Counted from the first letter of the stretch, positions 17,470 to 26,994 are shown. The stretch: 33,703 nt of DNA from Actinomycetes bacterium (GCA_023395755.1 JAEWYG010000041.1:1-33703); one strand, 5' to 3'. A program made the numbers and translations. Notes: generated by a model not told the origin, from the letters alone.

Positions 17470-18909
17470 CTACCCCTCGATAGCCTCAAGCAGCTCAAGC
17501 AGCTGCTCGCGATTTGCCGTATTTGTTTTTGCATAAATGTGATTAAGATGCGTCTTTACCGTGTTTTTGGAGATGAAAAGCGTCTTCTCGATATAAGCCC
17601 CCGTGTGACCTGTCGCCCATATGGCAAGCACCTCTTGCTCGCGCGGCGACAACTTAAAGCGCTCCGCAGCCAACCCCACCCGCTTATCAAGATCGAGCTC
17701 GCCTCCATTCGTGGAAATAACGGGCATCTTTCCAGATAGAGGCAAGCCCATAATAACAAGCAACGCCACCATTAGTGAAAGCAAAACTGAGATGGTAACA
17801 GCCTCAGGGCTCGGAAGCGTATCGGCGGCCACTTGCCCCAAGCAGCTACCACCCCACTGTGCGAAGCGCATAAGAGCAACACAGAGCAACGCTGAAATAC
17901 CATCTTTAATAATGGAGTCAATAAGAAGAAACCACACAAGATATTTCACCAGTTCGGCCCCTACCAAAGCAACCCAAAACGTTGTACCCCCCGCAAAGGG
18001 GTCTAAGGCAACTGGCAGTAACGCCGCTAGCGCCATGAGGGGAAATGCCAGATAAAACGCCAGCAAAGCATTCTTGCGATAAAACCAGTACGCCAGCACG
18101 ATAGCTACGAGAGAGGCTAACGCAGGGATGCCCGCTATAGCACCGTGGATAGACTCCGCCGCAACCAAGCCTCCCGTGACACCCGACATGCGCGTGGCCC
18201 CATAACTGAAGTACGCAAGCGCAATAGCCGCAATCAACTTCCAGGGTATACCCGCTAGCTGCGTTTTAAGAGGAAGAGTCTCGGCTACCTTACGTTCACA
18301 CTCACTCCGCACCGCAATGCGCAACAAGACGTATGCGCCAAAAGGTAAAAGAACAGCTACCGCAAGCGCGAAAACAGCGGGCAGCAGCGACACTATAACA
18401 AATACCACAAATCCGAAAAGATACGCCGCTCCCGCGCACCGTGCCGTACGGTGGACACCCTGCACACTCAGACGTTCTTCCCACCCCAGTCGTAAGGTGC
18501 TGCCCACACCACTGAGCGCGAAACCAAAAAGCATCCACGGCAAGGGAGCCTGACCAAAGCCAACAAGCGCCGCAAGCATGACCGAAAGACTCGAAATGGC
18601 TGCAAAGATAACCAGCAACACGTTGCGTCGCCGCAAGGGAACTCCCCTTCGCGTGGAAAGCGCTAGCAACAACGCCGTGAGGGCCGTCAGCACCCCCTGG
18701 ACCACCTGCGAACCATCCATGGGCGCAGCGGAACGTAACTCGCCAAACAACAGCGATCCATTCCAGAATACGAAGCTCCAGGCAATATAGCAAGCGAGCC
18801 CCAAGCTATCGAGCAGCATGCCCCGATCAAAAAGACTGAGTACTGTCGCTCTTCCTATGCTGGTGGCAGACTTTTGATGGTAACCCTTTGTGAAAACATC
18901 GTTTTTCAT
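17470..18909 (-). CDS. Polytopic membrane LuxR-family transcriptional regulator
   Basis: About 12 TM plus LSPREQEVLAIWATGH...TVKTHLNHIYAKT; start placed at ATG 18909 because the upstream ATGs overlap the -10 element. Confidence 0.9.
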   Translation of the reverse strand: MKNDVFTKGYHQKSATSIGRATVLSLFDRGMLLDSLGLACYIAWSFVFWNGSLLFGELRSAAPMDGSQVVQGVLTALTALLLALSTRRGVPLRRRNVLLVIFAAISSLSVMLAALVGFGQAPLPWMLFGFALSGVGSTLRLGWEERLSVQGVHRTARCAGAAYLFGFVVFVIVSLLPAVFALAVAVLLPFGAYVLLRIAVRSECERKVAETLPLKTQLAGIPWKLIAAIALAYFSYGATRMSGVTGGLVAAESIHGAIAGIPALASLVAIVLAYWFYRKNALLAFYLAFPLMALAALLPVALDPFAGGTTFWVALVGAELVKYLVWFLLIDSIIKDGISALLCVALMRFAQWGGSCLGQVAADTLPSPEAVTISVLLSLMVALLVIMGLPLSGKMPVISTNGGELDLDKRVGLAAERFKLSPREQEVLAIWATGHTGAYIEKTLFISKNTVKTHLNHIYAKTNTANREQLLELLEAIEG

Positions 18910-18916
18910 GTCTCGC

Positions 18917-18944
18917 ATCATAGAGGAAGGAGTATCCCTGTCAA
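18917..18944 (-). promoter_or_regulatory. Sigma70 promoter giving a probably leaderless luxR transcript
   Basis: TTGACA(18944-18939)-N16-TATGAT(18922-18917)-N7-ATG(18909); no SD present. Confidence 0.6.
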
Positions 18945-18952
18945 TGCAGAAG

Positions 18953-18982
18953 TCGCCCCGCCAATAAGAAAAGGTGGGGCGA
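18953..18982 (-). terminator. Hairpin after UrdA-like gene
   Basis: TCGCCCCGCC-N10-GGTGGGGCGA; weak U-tract. Confidence 0.5.
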
Positions 18983-19009
18983 AAGAATAGAAGAAAGGGG
19001 GAAACGTTG

Positions 19010-20833
19010 CTACGCTAGGGCTGCTGCATTCGCACCAGCAACACGACCAAATACAATGATGTCAGTGATAGAACAGGATCCTAAGCGGTTTGTACCCATC
19101 TTATGACCCGCCTGCTCCCCTGCTGCAAACAAACCAGGAATTGGTGCCCCCGCATCATTAAGCACCTGCGCCTGAGGATTAATATGCAAGCCCCCCATGG
19201 TGTAATGCACTGATGGCTTAAACGCCATAAGGTAATACGGTCCTCCCTCGATGGGGTTTAGCTTCGCGCGATAGTTGAAATCAGTGTCCTTACCAGCTTT
19301 ACAGTAGCTGTTCCACTTCTCGGTGGTTTTCTCAAGTTCTGCCGCATCAACGCCAAAGGGCTCACACACTGCAGCGATGGTATCACCCTTCACCAGCTGA
19401 TTACGCGCTACAAGGCCATCGAATTCTGCCGCATTGACCGTAGCTATATCCGTAGCATCCAGACCCGTCTGGTTGAATAGCATATAACCCATACCGTCGG
19501 TTTGCACCTTGACGGCGTTCGAGATAACGTCGCGGCGCTCCATTTCTTCAACAAAACGGTTGCCCTCTTTATTCACACAAATGGCGCGGTTTTCAAGACG
19601 CATGTTAGCTACGTAGAGCAAAGCTCCGGTCTGAGCATCACACGTAGGATAAGTCTGAATGTACTGCATATCGATAAGGTTCGCGCCAATTCTCTCAGCC
19701 ATTACATGACAGTCTCCCGTGGCGCCCACCGAATCAGTGGAGAGAATACTCTCGTCCATTTCAGGATTATATTTCTTACGCATGTCCACATTGGCACCAA
19801 AGCCACCTGCGGCAAGCACAACCGCTTTACATTCGAAATCATACGAATCGCCCGTAGCGGTATTGGTAGCCTTTAGCCCCACAACGGCGCCAGATGCATC
19901 TTGCACTAGTTCTTCGGCTTTGGCGTTACGGCAAACAACCAAATTCTTCAGACCCTCAGCCCGTTTTTCCAACTTGCAGATAATACCGCTTCCTTCGTTA
20001 TCCTCAGGAATAAGCGAACGCGCAACGGAATGGCCGCCGAAGAAACGCTGGTATGGCTGCCATGCTACACCACCTTCAAATACCAACCAGTCAAAAGCAC
20101 TTTGCGCACCTTCGCAAATAACATTCACCAACGCCGGATCGCCCACATGGTCGCCACCAACAATCATATCTTCAGCCATTTTAGCAACGCTGTCTTCAAT
20201 ACCTGCCTTATGCTGGAACCAGTTATTTGGCACCGCCATAGCACCGCCCGATAAAATGGTATCGCCACCAGTAATGCCCAGCTTTTCTAATAGCACAACC
20301 TTTTTACCCGCATCGGCTGCCGTAATAGCCGCCGCGTACCCTGCCCCGCCAGCACCAACGACCACAACATCCACGTTCGTCTCAAGGTTTTTAGGCGCAG
20401 AAGGAACCGCCTTATCGCGCTTCTTCCATTCGCTCGATTTCATACCCGATGCATCAATAGCACTGGACACAGCCGACAGAAAGGCCATGCTGGATACCGT
20501 AGCCCCCGAAACCGTATCAACGTTTAAGGTCTGGTTTTCCACAATGAGGTTAGATACGATATCTATACCCGTCGTGCCTACGCCGTAAGTTTCACGCGAT
20601 TTAATAAGGTTAATGCGGGCGATGGCATCACCCTCAGTGATAACCTCCACCTCCAACGCGCCGCCCTTACCATTAGACGCGCCCGTCCATGACTGAGCAG
20701 CACCTTCACCTTTAACTCCCGCATTCTTCGAATTGCCTTTGCCGCCCGGTGCGCAACCAGCCAAAGCAAGCGTTCCGCCCAGTGCCGCAATGGCTCCACC
20801 CGTGATAAAGTTCCTGCGTGAAAGGTTTGACAT
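19010..20833 (-). CDS. Tat lipoprotein flavocytochrome-c-family enoate reductase with FMN-binding domain (UrdA-like)
   Basis: SRRNFI Tat, LAGC lipobox, flavinylation motif VDTVSGAT, FAD motif VVGAGGAG, FFGGHS, YIQTYPT, ERRDV, VHYTMGG, NRLGS. Confidence 0.9.
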   Translation of the reverse strand: MSNLSRRNFITGGAIAALGGTLALAGCAPGGKGNSKNAGVKGEGAAQSWTGASNGKGGALEVEVITEGDAIARINLIKSRETYGVGTTGIDIVSNLIVENQTLNVDTVSGATVSSMAFLSAVSSAIDASGMKSSEWKKRDKAVPSAPKNLETNVDVVVVGAGGAGYAAAITAADAGKKVVLLEKLGITGGDTILSGGAMAVPNNWFQHKAGIEDSVAKMAEDMIVGGDHVGDPALVNVICEGAQSAFDWLVFEGGVAWQPYQRFFGGHSVARSLIPEDNEGSGIICKLEKRAEGLKNLVVCRNAKAEELVQDASGAVVGLKATNTATGDSYDFECKAVVLAAGGFGANVDMRKKYNPEMDESILSTDSVGATGDCHVMAERIGANLIDMQYIQTYPTCDAQTGALLYVANMRLENRAICVNKEGNRFVEEMERRDVISNAVKVQTDGMGYMLFNQTGLDATDIATVNAAEFDGLVARNQLVKGDTIAAVCEPFGVDAAELEKTTEKWNSYCKAGKDTDFNYRAKLNPIEGGPYYLMAFKPSVHYTMGGLHINPQAQVLNDAGAPIPGLFAAGEQAGHKMGTNRLGSCSITDIIVFGRVAGANAAALA

Positions 20834-20890
20834 AATTCCCTCCCTGTTGTTCGATTCGCACCACTGCGAATCCCCGATTCAGCAAAGCAA

Positions 20891-20983
20891 ATGCTAGGTT
20901 CAGGAAGCGAAAACCGCATCGCCGTAGAGGTTTGAAACCGGAAATCCCAAGCAAAAAATCTCCTCAAACCTCAGGGGTGATGC
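20891..20983. promoter_or_regulatory. Putative LuxR operator pair and promoter of UrdA-like gene
   Basis: Inverted arms GCATCGCCGTAGAGGTTTGA (20916-20935) and TCAAACCTCAGGGGTGATGC (20964-20983), 16/20 match; minus-strand -10 TAGCAT at 20891-20896. Confidence 0.6.
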
Positions 20984-21018
20984 CTTTTGAACTGGCAAAA
21001 TGAATGACGGCAACACAA

Positions 21019-21053
21019 GGCCGCCGTTCGGGAAGGAGGGGCGAACGGCGGCC
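21019..21053 (-). terminator. Terminator-like hairpin after third flavoprotein
   Basis: 12-bp perfect stem GGCCGCCGTTCG/CGAACGGCGGCC; loop CCCCUCCUUCC on sense strand; followed by UUGUGUUG. Confidence 0.7.
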
Positions 21054-21100
21054 GTGGTAGGCTTCGCGTCAGATGATCTCTATGCAAATGAAAGAATTGC

Positions 21101-22906
21101 TTAGATTTCCAAGTTTGGGATTGCCTTGGCAGCATCCCCGCCAGCGGCGTTAATGCCCGCAATGCGGCCAAAGGTAACGCAGCGCCCATGACCGATACCA
21201 GGCACGTACGTGGGGTAGTCGCCCGCGCCAAAGAACTCGCCTGCGGCCGAGCCGCACACGTACAGGCCCTCGACCGGCTTGTCCTCAGCGTCGAGCACGC
21301 GACAATCAAGATCCTGACGCAAGCCACCACACATAGTAAGCAGACTGGCCACAAGCTTGCCCGCGTAGAATGGCGGATCCTGCACCTTACCCATAACCTC
21401 GGGACGCTTGCCGAAGTCGAGGTCCTTACCCAAATCGCACAGCTCGTTGTAGCGTTTTACGGTTGCCGTAAGATTTTCGGCTGGAACCCCCATCATTTTG
21501 GCCAACTCTTCAAGCGAGTTAGCTTTCAGCGTCTGGCCGCTCTCGACCTCGCCTTCCAGCACGATCTTCTGAGCTTCCAGGTTGTACTCGCCGCCCACCG
21601 GCTGCGTGAGCTGGCCCCACTGGAGACCGCCGCCCAAACCGGCATCGATCTGCTGCTTCACTTGCTCCAAGCCATGGGAGTCGTAGATGCTCCATGCCTC
21701 CTTATTCGTCTGCAAGGCCTTGGTAACACTCTTGGACTGCGTGTTTACATCCTCGTTCTTGAATCGCTTGCCTTCCCAGTTCACATGCAAAAAACCGTAG
21801 CTGGCCGCGCCGAAGTCGAGGTGCATAACAGCCGAATGCGGCTCGGACTTCTGCATGGCAGCACCCGCCCAGAGAGCCTGCTTATGCATATCACCGGTGT
21901 CGCAGTCGGGCGGGTTATAGAAGCGGCCATCCATGGCATAGGCGGTCATAGGCGAATAGTACTTGAACATCTCGTCGTCAGCCGCGTAGTCACCCGATGC
22001 GATGATGACGGATTTTGCGTTGATCTGGGTGTACTCGTTCTTGCCGGTGGAAACGATGGCACCGGTGATGGGGCCATCGCCCTCGCGAACCAGGCGCTCG
22101 CTCTTCGTTTCCCAACGAATCTCGCCGCCGTTTTCCTTGATGGTCTCGTAGAGGGCCGGCACTAGCACAGCGTTACCGTACACGTCGCCAACACCGGAGC
22201 CCTGATAGAACGTGAAGTTGACGGTTTCCTCAAGCTTTCCGGCCTTGTAGAAGATATGCGTGACCGGATACTCGGTGTAGTCGGGACCCTTATAGTAGCC
22301 ATCCCACAGCATCGCCTCAAGGCCTTTTTTGGCAGCCAAGCCATAGAGCCAATCGAAGCACGTTCCGCTCTTGTGTGCAAACTCCCACAACAACGGTTCT
22401 TTGACGCGACCTTGTGCCCAATTGATCCAGCGACGCACCACGTGACCGTAGTCGGGCTCCGTAAGCAGCCCCCTCCCTGTCAGATCTTGCTGCACCTTTG
22501 TATGGAAGCCAGCGATATGCACGCCGCGCGCAACTACCGTTTCGGGATTTTTATCGATAGTGATAACCTTGCCCGCACCCTCTTCGAGCGCAGCAATGGA
22601 AGCACAGCAACCACCGAGACCCGCACCAATAACAAGCACATCGCACTCTTCCGTAGCTTTAATCTTGTCAGTGGGGATACCCTCAGGCGCAATTTCCCAG
22701 CTATGGGTGCCCGCAGCGTCAGGACCTGCCGTAGCGCCGTTCTTAGTCTCGGGCGCGGCAGCTTTGCTACCCGTCGCGGCGTCGGTCTTCGACTGAGGAG
22801 CGCAACCCGCCATGCCAACCACCGCGGCCCCAGCAAGAGCCGTACCGCCCAATCCTAGGAACGCACGACGCGACAGCCCCTTTTTACCCTGTTCGTTTTG
22901 CTTCAT
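21101..22906 (-). CDS. Tat-exported FAD-dependent oxidoreductase lipoprotein (FAD_binding_2 superfamily), unknown substrate
   Basis: SRRAFLG Tat, MAGC lipobox, VIGAGLGG, ASGDY, DTGDMH, GKRFKNE, TMCGGL, GIGHGRCVTFGR; lacks fumarate reductase His/Arg set. Confidence 0.9.
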   Translation of the reverse strand: MKQNEQGKKGLSRRAFLGLGGTALAGAAVVGMAGCAPQSKTDAATGSKAAAPETKNGATAGPDAAGTHSWEIAPEGIPTDKIKATEECDVLVIGAGLGGCCASIAALEEGAGKVITIDKNPETVVARGVHIAGFHTKVQQDLTGRGLLTEPDYGHVVRRWINWAQGRVKEPLLWEFAHKSGTCFDWLYGLAAKKGLEAMLWDGYYKGPDYTEYPVTHIFYKAGKLEETVNFTFYQGSGVGDVYGNAVLVPALYETIKENGGEIRWETKSERLVREGDGPITGAIVSTGKNEYTQINAKSVIIASGDYAADDEMFKYYSPMTAYAMDGRFYNPPDCDTGDMHKQALWAGAAMQKSEPHSAVMHLDFGAASYGFLHVNWEGKRFKNEDVNTQSKSVTKALQTNKEAWSIYDSHGLEQVKQQIDAGLGGGLQWGQLTQPVGGEYNLEAQKIVLEGEVESGQTLKANSLEELAKMMGVPAENLTATVKRYNELCDLGKDLDFGKRPEVMGKVQDPPFYAGKLVASLLTMCGGLRQDLDCRVLDAEDKPVEGLYVCGSAAGEFFGAGDYPTYVPGIGHGRCVTFGRIAGINAAGGDAAKAIPNLEI

Positions 22907-22997
22907 AATAATTCCCTCCTCGTCCCTTCTACCTTTCCCTCGGCATCCGTTCTCTTACGTTGCGGAGCCACATGCGATTACTGCATCGCACGGCATG

Positions 22998-23083
22998 ACC
23001 ATACCCCCGGACACCCGAAACCCTCATCCCGTGCGCTGGGGGAAATGGCCGTTCACGCATAATTTCCCCCAGCTAGGGGGAGG
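22998..23083. promoter_or_regulatory. Putative LuxR operator pair and promoter between divergent reductase and luxR
   Basis: Perfect 12-bp inverted repeat GCTGGGGGAAAT (23035-23046)/ATTTCCCCCAGC (23062-23073); 19-bp box TTCCCCC-AGCTA-GGGGGAG 23064-23082; minus-strand -10 TATGGT 22998-23003. Confidence 0.6.
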
Positions 23084-23170
23084 CCTTCTTGAGGCATGCA
23101 CCGCGCAATACCGCCTCGTCGCGTATAATCAAAGCAAGGGGATGGCTCACTTGAGTCAAGGGAGGGGCAC

Positions 23171-24622
23171 ATGGTATCGTCATTGCGCAGGGAGCTGTGG
23201 CGCACGCCCGACTTGCTGGGCTTTGCGGCGCACTGGATATGGATATGGTGCGTGTTCTGGAGTCCGCTTTTCTACGAAGAGAGCGAGCATCTCGATGCAC
23301 TCGGAGCAGGAGTTGGCCTCGTGCCGCTCGAACCACTGTGGGTTATGTCACTGTCGACCAATGTTGTAACCATAGCCTTTCTCCTTATGCTTTCTCACTT
23401 GCGAAACCCACTCGGCGACGTTAGAGGACTCCCTTTAGCTGGAGGCATCATCACTACCGCAGGCACCTTAGCCTTATCACATCCTGTCCTTGTCTTTATC
23501 GGTAGCGGAGCCTCACTCATATATGTTTCGGGTGCCGTACTGACCGGCGTTGGAAGCGGTATCATCGTGACCATGTGGGCCGAGCTGTTCGCTTCGCTCG
23601 GATCGAAGCGAACAGTAAACTACAGCGTGATGGCGCTCCTTATTGCAGCAGGACTTTACTTTATCGTACGACTGATTCCTACCGATATGGCACAAGTACT
23701 CGTAGCCATGCTACCCCTTGCTAGCATGGGTCTTTTCCTTCACTACAAGCACAGTGCCCCTCGTCTGCCACGTCGCAACCGCAACGTAAGGGTAAAGGAA
23801 AAACCACCCATAAAACTTATCGCCATTGCGCTATTCTTCGGCGCGTCCTTCGGCATCATGAAAGGACTCTTGGCTCCCGCCGGAAATGAATGGATTATAG
23901 TCCGAGACTTACTGAATATCGTGGCCATCGTAGGCGGCTCCCTTGCCATCTTCGTCACCATGAGCGTATATAAAATGGATTTCGACCATCTAACCTACCA
24001 GATAGCACTACCCTTGATGGCGGCGGGTTTTCTCTTCCTGCCACTCGCCGAACCATGGAACGTGATCGGAACCGGCGTTCATCAGGCAGGGTATCAGTAC
24101 TTCTATATCGTTTTATGGGCCTTGTGGCCCGTCGTGGTAGCGCGCGGCAACGTCCCCGCAGGCTGGGTGGTAGGTTGGGGCCTTTTCTCGATCCAGCTTG
24201 GACAATTTATCGGCTCAGTTGCAGCTTCTATAGTTATCGGCCTTATCACTACAGAGCTGCAGATGGCAATGCTGTCTGCTGGGTTCATCTTCGCCATCCT
24301 TATTATCGCTCTATTCGCCTTAGGCAACGGCTCAGCAAACACGGCATGGGGCTTCGTCAAGCCCATGGAAGAGACTGATACCGCATCAGACTTTGAGAAG
24401 ACCGGCACGCGTCTGGCACGTAGGTGTCACTTATCACCTCGCGAGGTTGAGGTATTCTTTCTGCTGGCAAAAGGTCGCAATCGCGCTTTTATCAGCGAAG
24501 AGCTGGTTATCGGAGACGAGACAACAAAGAGCCATATTAAGAGTATTTATCGCAAAGCAGACGTGCATTCGCAGCAAGAGTTGATCAACCTAATCGAAGG
24601 CGAAAATAACGAGAAGGCCTAG
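23171..24622 (+). CDS. Polytopic membrane LuxR-family transcriptional regulator
   Basis: About 12 TM plus LSPREVEVFFLLAKGRN...TTKSHIKSIYRKADVHSQQEL; SD GGAGG. Confidence 0.93.
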   Translation: MVSSLRRELWRTPDLLGFAAHWIWIWCVFWSPLFYEESEHLDALGAGVGLVPLEPLWVMSLSTNVVTIAFLLMLSHLRNPLGDVRGLPLAGGIITTAGTLALSHPVLVFIGSGASLIYVSGAVLTGVGSGIIVTMWAELFASLGSKRTVNYSVMALLIAAGLYFIVRLIPTDMAQVLVAMLPLASMGLFLHYKHSAPRLPRRNRNVRVKEKPPIKLIAIALFFGASFGIMKGLLAPAGNEWIIVRDLLNIVAIVGGSLAIFVTMSVYKMDFDHLTYQIALPLMAAGFLFLPLAEPWNVIGTGVHQAGYQYFYIVLWALWPVVVARGNVPAGWVVGWGLFSIQLGQFIGSVAASIVIGLITTELQMAMLSAGFIFAILIIALFALGNGSANTAWGFVKPMEETDTASDFEKTGTRLARRCHLSPREVEVFFLLAKGRNRAFISEELVIGDETTKSHIKSIYRKADVHSQQELINLIEGENNEKA

Positions 24623-24759
24623 GTATATTCTAACCATTACTATGAAGCTTTCGTAAGAACGAAAACGCTGTTTCAGGCTACCTTCAGGTTCAAATGGTTT
24701 CATGATTCTTGTGAGTGTGATTCTTGCATCGGCAAGGACCACGGCAAGAAAGGATTTTC

Positions 24760-25596
24760 ATGAAGCGAAAAACCGTCGCCAAGATTCTGATTGATCTTAT
24801 CATGCTGGTTATCTATCTTCAGTTGATGTTTTGCTACGACCTTAACACGCTTTATCACGAGGTTATGGGCATCGCAATCGGCGCTCTCTTCATCGTACAT
24901 ATGGCCCTGAACGCCAAACCCCTTATCGGCCTACTTCGAAAACTACCTCAGGGCAAACTGAGTCCTCTGCGAACCGTATTAGCCATAGCAGACTGCATCT
25001 TGCCGCTGGGCATGGCGACGATCATCGTCTCAGGCGCACTGATTGCCCGCGACCTGTTCGTAGGCCCAGGCGGCATGGAGGTGGTAACAGTACACAGTGT
25101 AGCATCCTACGTCTGCCTGGCCATACTCGTACTGCACGCAGCGCTACACGCCCGCTATCTTGCTGGCATTACGAAGAAAATCGCACGTTCGGCGGTACCG
25201 CAACGCATTGCAAGCGCAACCGGTGCCATTTTTGTTACCGGCGTACTTGTCTGGACAGACCTCCTTGGTGGTATATCAGGATCGACGCTAACAACCCAGG
25301 CGACCACAACCGAAGCGACATCACTCATCAATCAGGCGCAAGACCTTGGTGCCACCACGGCTGAAAGCTCCCGCGCACAAGGACGCAAAGAAGAATCCGC
25401 CGACAGCGAGTCGACAGACGAGAGCGCATCATCCTCAAGCGGCGAGACTACAGCATCGCCCTCGCCCGAAAGTTCCGCCACCGCAAATCAAGGCACCACC
25501 TCTATCGTGTGCACGCTCTGCCCCAAGGCCTGTCCTCTCACCAATCTGCGCTGCGGTCGCGGCACCCAGTGGGCACAGGAAAACGGATACGTGTAG
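24760..25596 (+). CDS. Di-heme cytochrome b-like (DUF4405-type) membrane protein with C-terminal 4-Cys motif
   Basis: TM His pairs (YHEVMG...IVHMALN; VHSVASY...LHAALH), Ser/Thr/Glu linker, terminal CTLCPKACPLTNLRCGRG; SD AAAGGA before ATG 24760. Confidence 0.7.
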   Translation: MKRKTVAKILIDLIMLVIYLQLMFCYDLNTLYHEVMGIAIGALFIVHMALNAKPLIGLLRKLPQGKLSPLRTVLAIADCILPLGMATIIVSGALIARDLFVGPGGMEVVTVHSVASYVCLAILVLHAALHARYLAGITKKIARSAVPQRIASATGAIFVTGVLVWTDLLGGISGSTLTTQATTTEATSLINQAQDLGATTAESSRAQGRKEESADSESTDESASSSSGETTASPSPESSATANQGTTSIVCTLCPKACPLTNLRCGRGTQWAQENGYV

Positions 25597-25719
25597 GTTA
25601 ACGATTCCGCCTTCACTTATCCTTTGACAGGGCGACCTAATCACTATGGTATCGTGTATGTTTGTATGCTGAACACACCCAGCGATAGCATCGTTGACAG
25701 GAGAATGAGGGGATCTGCT

Positions 25720-26973
25720 ATGCCGAACCACCGCAACGTCGAGAGAGATGCAGAAATCGACGTGAAGCTGGAAACCGAAATCGAAACACTCAAGGAAAAA
25801 GAAGTACAAGCCCAGACAGTGCCGAAGAAAAAGGTTCCCCTAATCCTAAAGGTGTTTGCCATCCTGTGCATTGTCGGCGGCGTGGCGGTTCTTCCTATGA
25901 TGGCCTTCGTCATCGTGGTTATGGTATTCGCACTGCAAAACGGCAGCTTCGCTGGCGACTCTACCGCCACCGTGGTGCTGCTTTTCGTAGAGCTTGCTCT
26001 TCTCGCCGTGCTTGCCGTAGCATTCATCGTTTTCGGCATTCGCTTGCTGCGCGACAAGCGACGCAATGCCGCCCAGATGGCCGAGGTGCTCATCGGCTTA
26101 CTCGTGGCTGCCATTCTTGTAGACATCATGCTGTTCGGCCTGGACGGAACCCTTATTTTCTATGCGGTATTCATGGTGTTTCTTGTTGCCCTGACCAGCT
26201 ATCTCGACCCGTCGCTTGCTGAGGAGCGTGAACTGCAACGCAAGTTGCGCGACATGGAAACGCGCGAGGAGGCCGAAGAAGGAACACTCGGGCGCGACGA
26301 AACAGGCAAAGGCTTTATCGCCCTGAACTTCTTCAATCTGTTCTGGATCTTCGTCGTATGTTGCGTGCTAGGCCTGATCATCGAAACGGTATACCACTTC
26401 GCCGTGGTGAACCCCGGCCACTACCAAGACCGCGCCGGCATGCTGTATGGGCCGTTCTCCCCCATTTACGGCTTTGGCGCTGTGCTCATGACCATGGCAT
26501 TGAATCGCTTTCACAAGAAGAACTTCATCATCATCTTCTTAGTAAGCGCTGCAATCGGTGGCATCTTCGAGTATCTGACCAGCTGGTTTATGCAGTATGC
26601 CTTCGGTATCGTAGCGTGGGACTACACTGGTACCTGGCTCTCCATCGATGGACGCACTAACGGCATGTTCATGATCATGTGGGGCTTCTTGGGGCTCGCT
26701 TGGATCAAGCTGCTGCTACCTCAGATGCTCAAGCTGGTAAACCTGATCCCCTGGAACCTGCGCTATGCTATCACCACCGTCTGCGCCGTATTGATGATAG
26801 CGAACGGGGTCATGACCCTCGTTGCCTTGGACTGCTGGTACGGCCGCATGGCCGGCAACACGCCCGATAGCGCTATCGCCCAGTTTTGCGCGGAACATTA
26901 CAACAACGAATTCATGCAAGAGCGCTTTCAAAGCATGAGCATTGACCCCGAGAAGGCAACCCGCGCAAACTGA
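25720..26973 (+). CDS. Putative ABC transporter permease-like protein (CmpB/DUF1113 type) with extra N-terminal TM domain
   Basis: LGLIIETVY, RAGMLYGPFSPIYGFG, FEYLTSWFMQ..FG..AWDY, GRT...MWG motifs. Confidence 0.82.
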   Translation: MPNHRNVERDAEIDVKLETEIETLKEKEVQAQTVPKKKVPLILKVFAILCIVGGVAVLPMMAFVIVVMVFALQNGSFAGDSTATVVLLFVELALLAVLAVAFIVFGIRLLRDKRRNAAQMAEVLIGLLVAAILVDIMLFGLDGTLIFYAVFMVFLVALTSYLDPSLAEERELQRKLRDMETREEAEEGTLGRDETGKGFIALNFFNLFWIFVVCCVLGLIIETVYHFAVVNPGHYQDRAGMLYGPFSPIYGFGAVLMTMALNRFHKKNFIIIFLVSAAIGGIFEYLTSWFMQYAFGIVAWDYTGTWLSIDGRTNGMFMIMWGFLGLAWIKLLLPQMLKLVNLIPWNLRYAITTVCAVLMIANGVMTLVALDCWYGRMAGNTPDSAIAQFCAEHYNNEFMQERFQSMSIDPEKATRAN

Positions 26974-26994
26974 CGCGATATCCTTCAACTGAAA

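Noticed and set aside
11848..22906. Calling the three flavoproteins fumarate reductases
   Set aside because: Two lack the HHTMGG/NRL catalytic set and the third has Tyr in place of the substrate-binding His.
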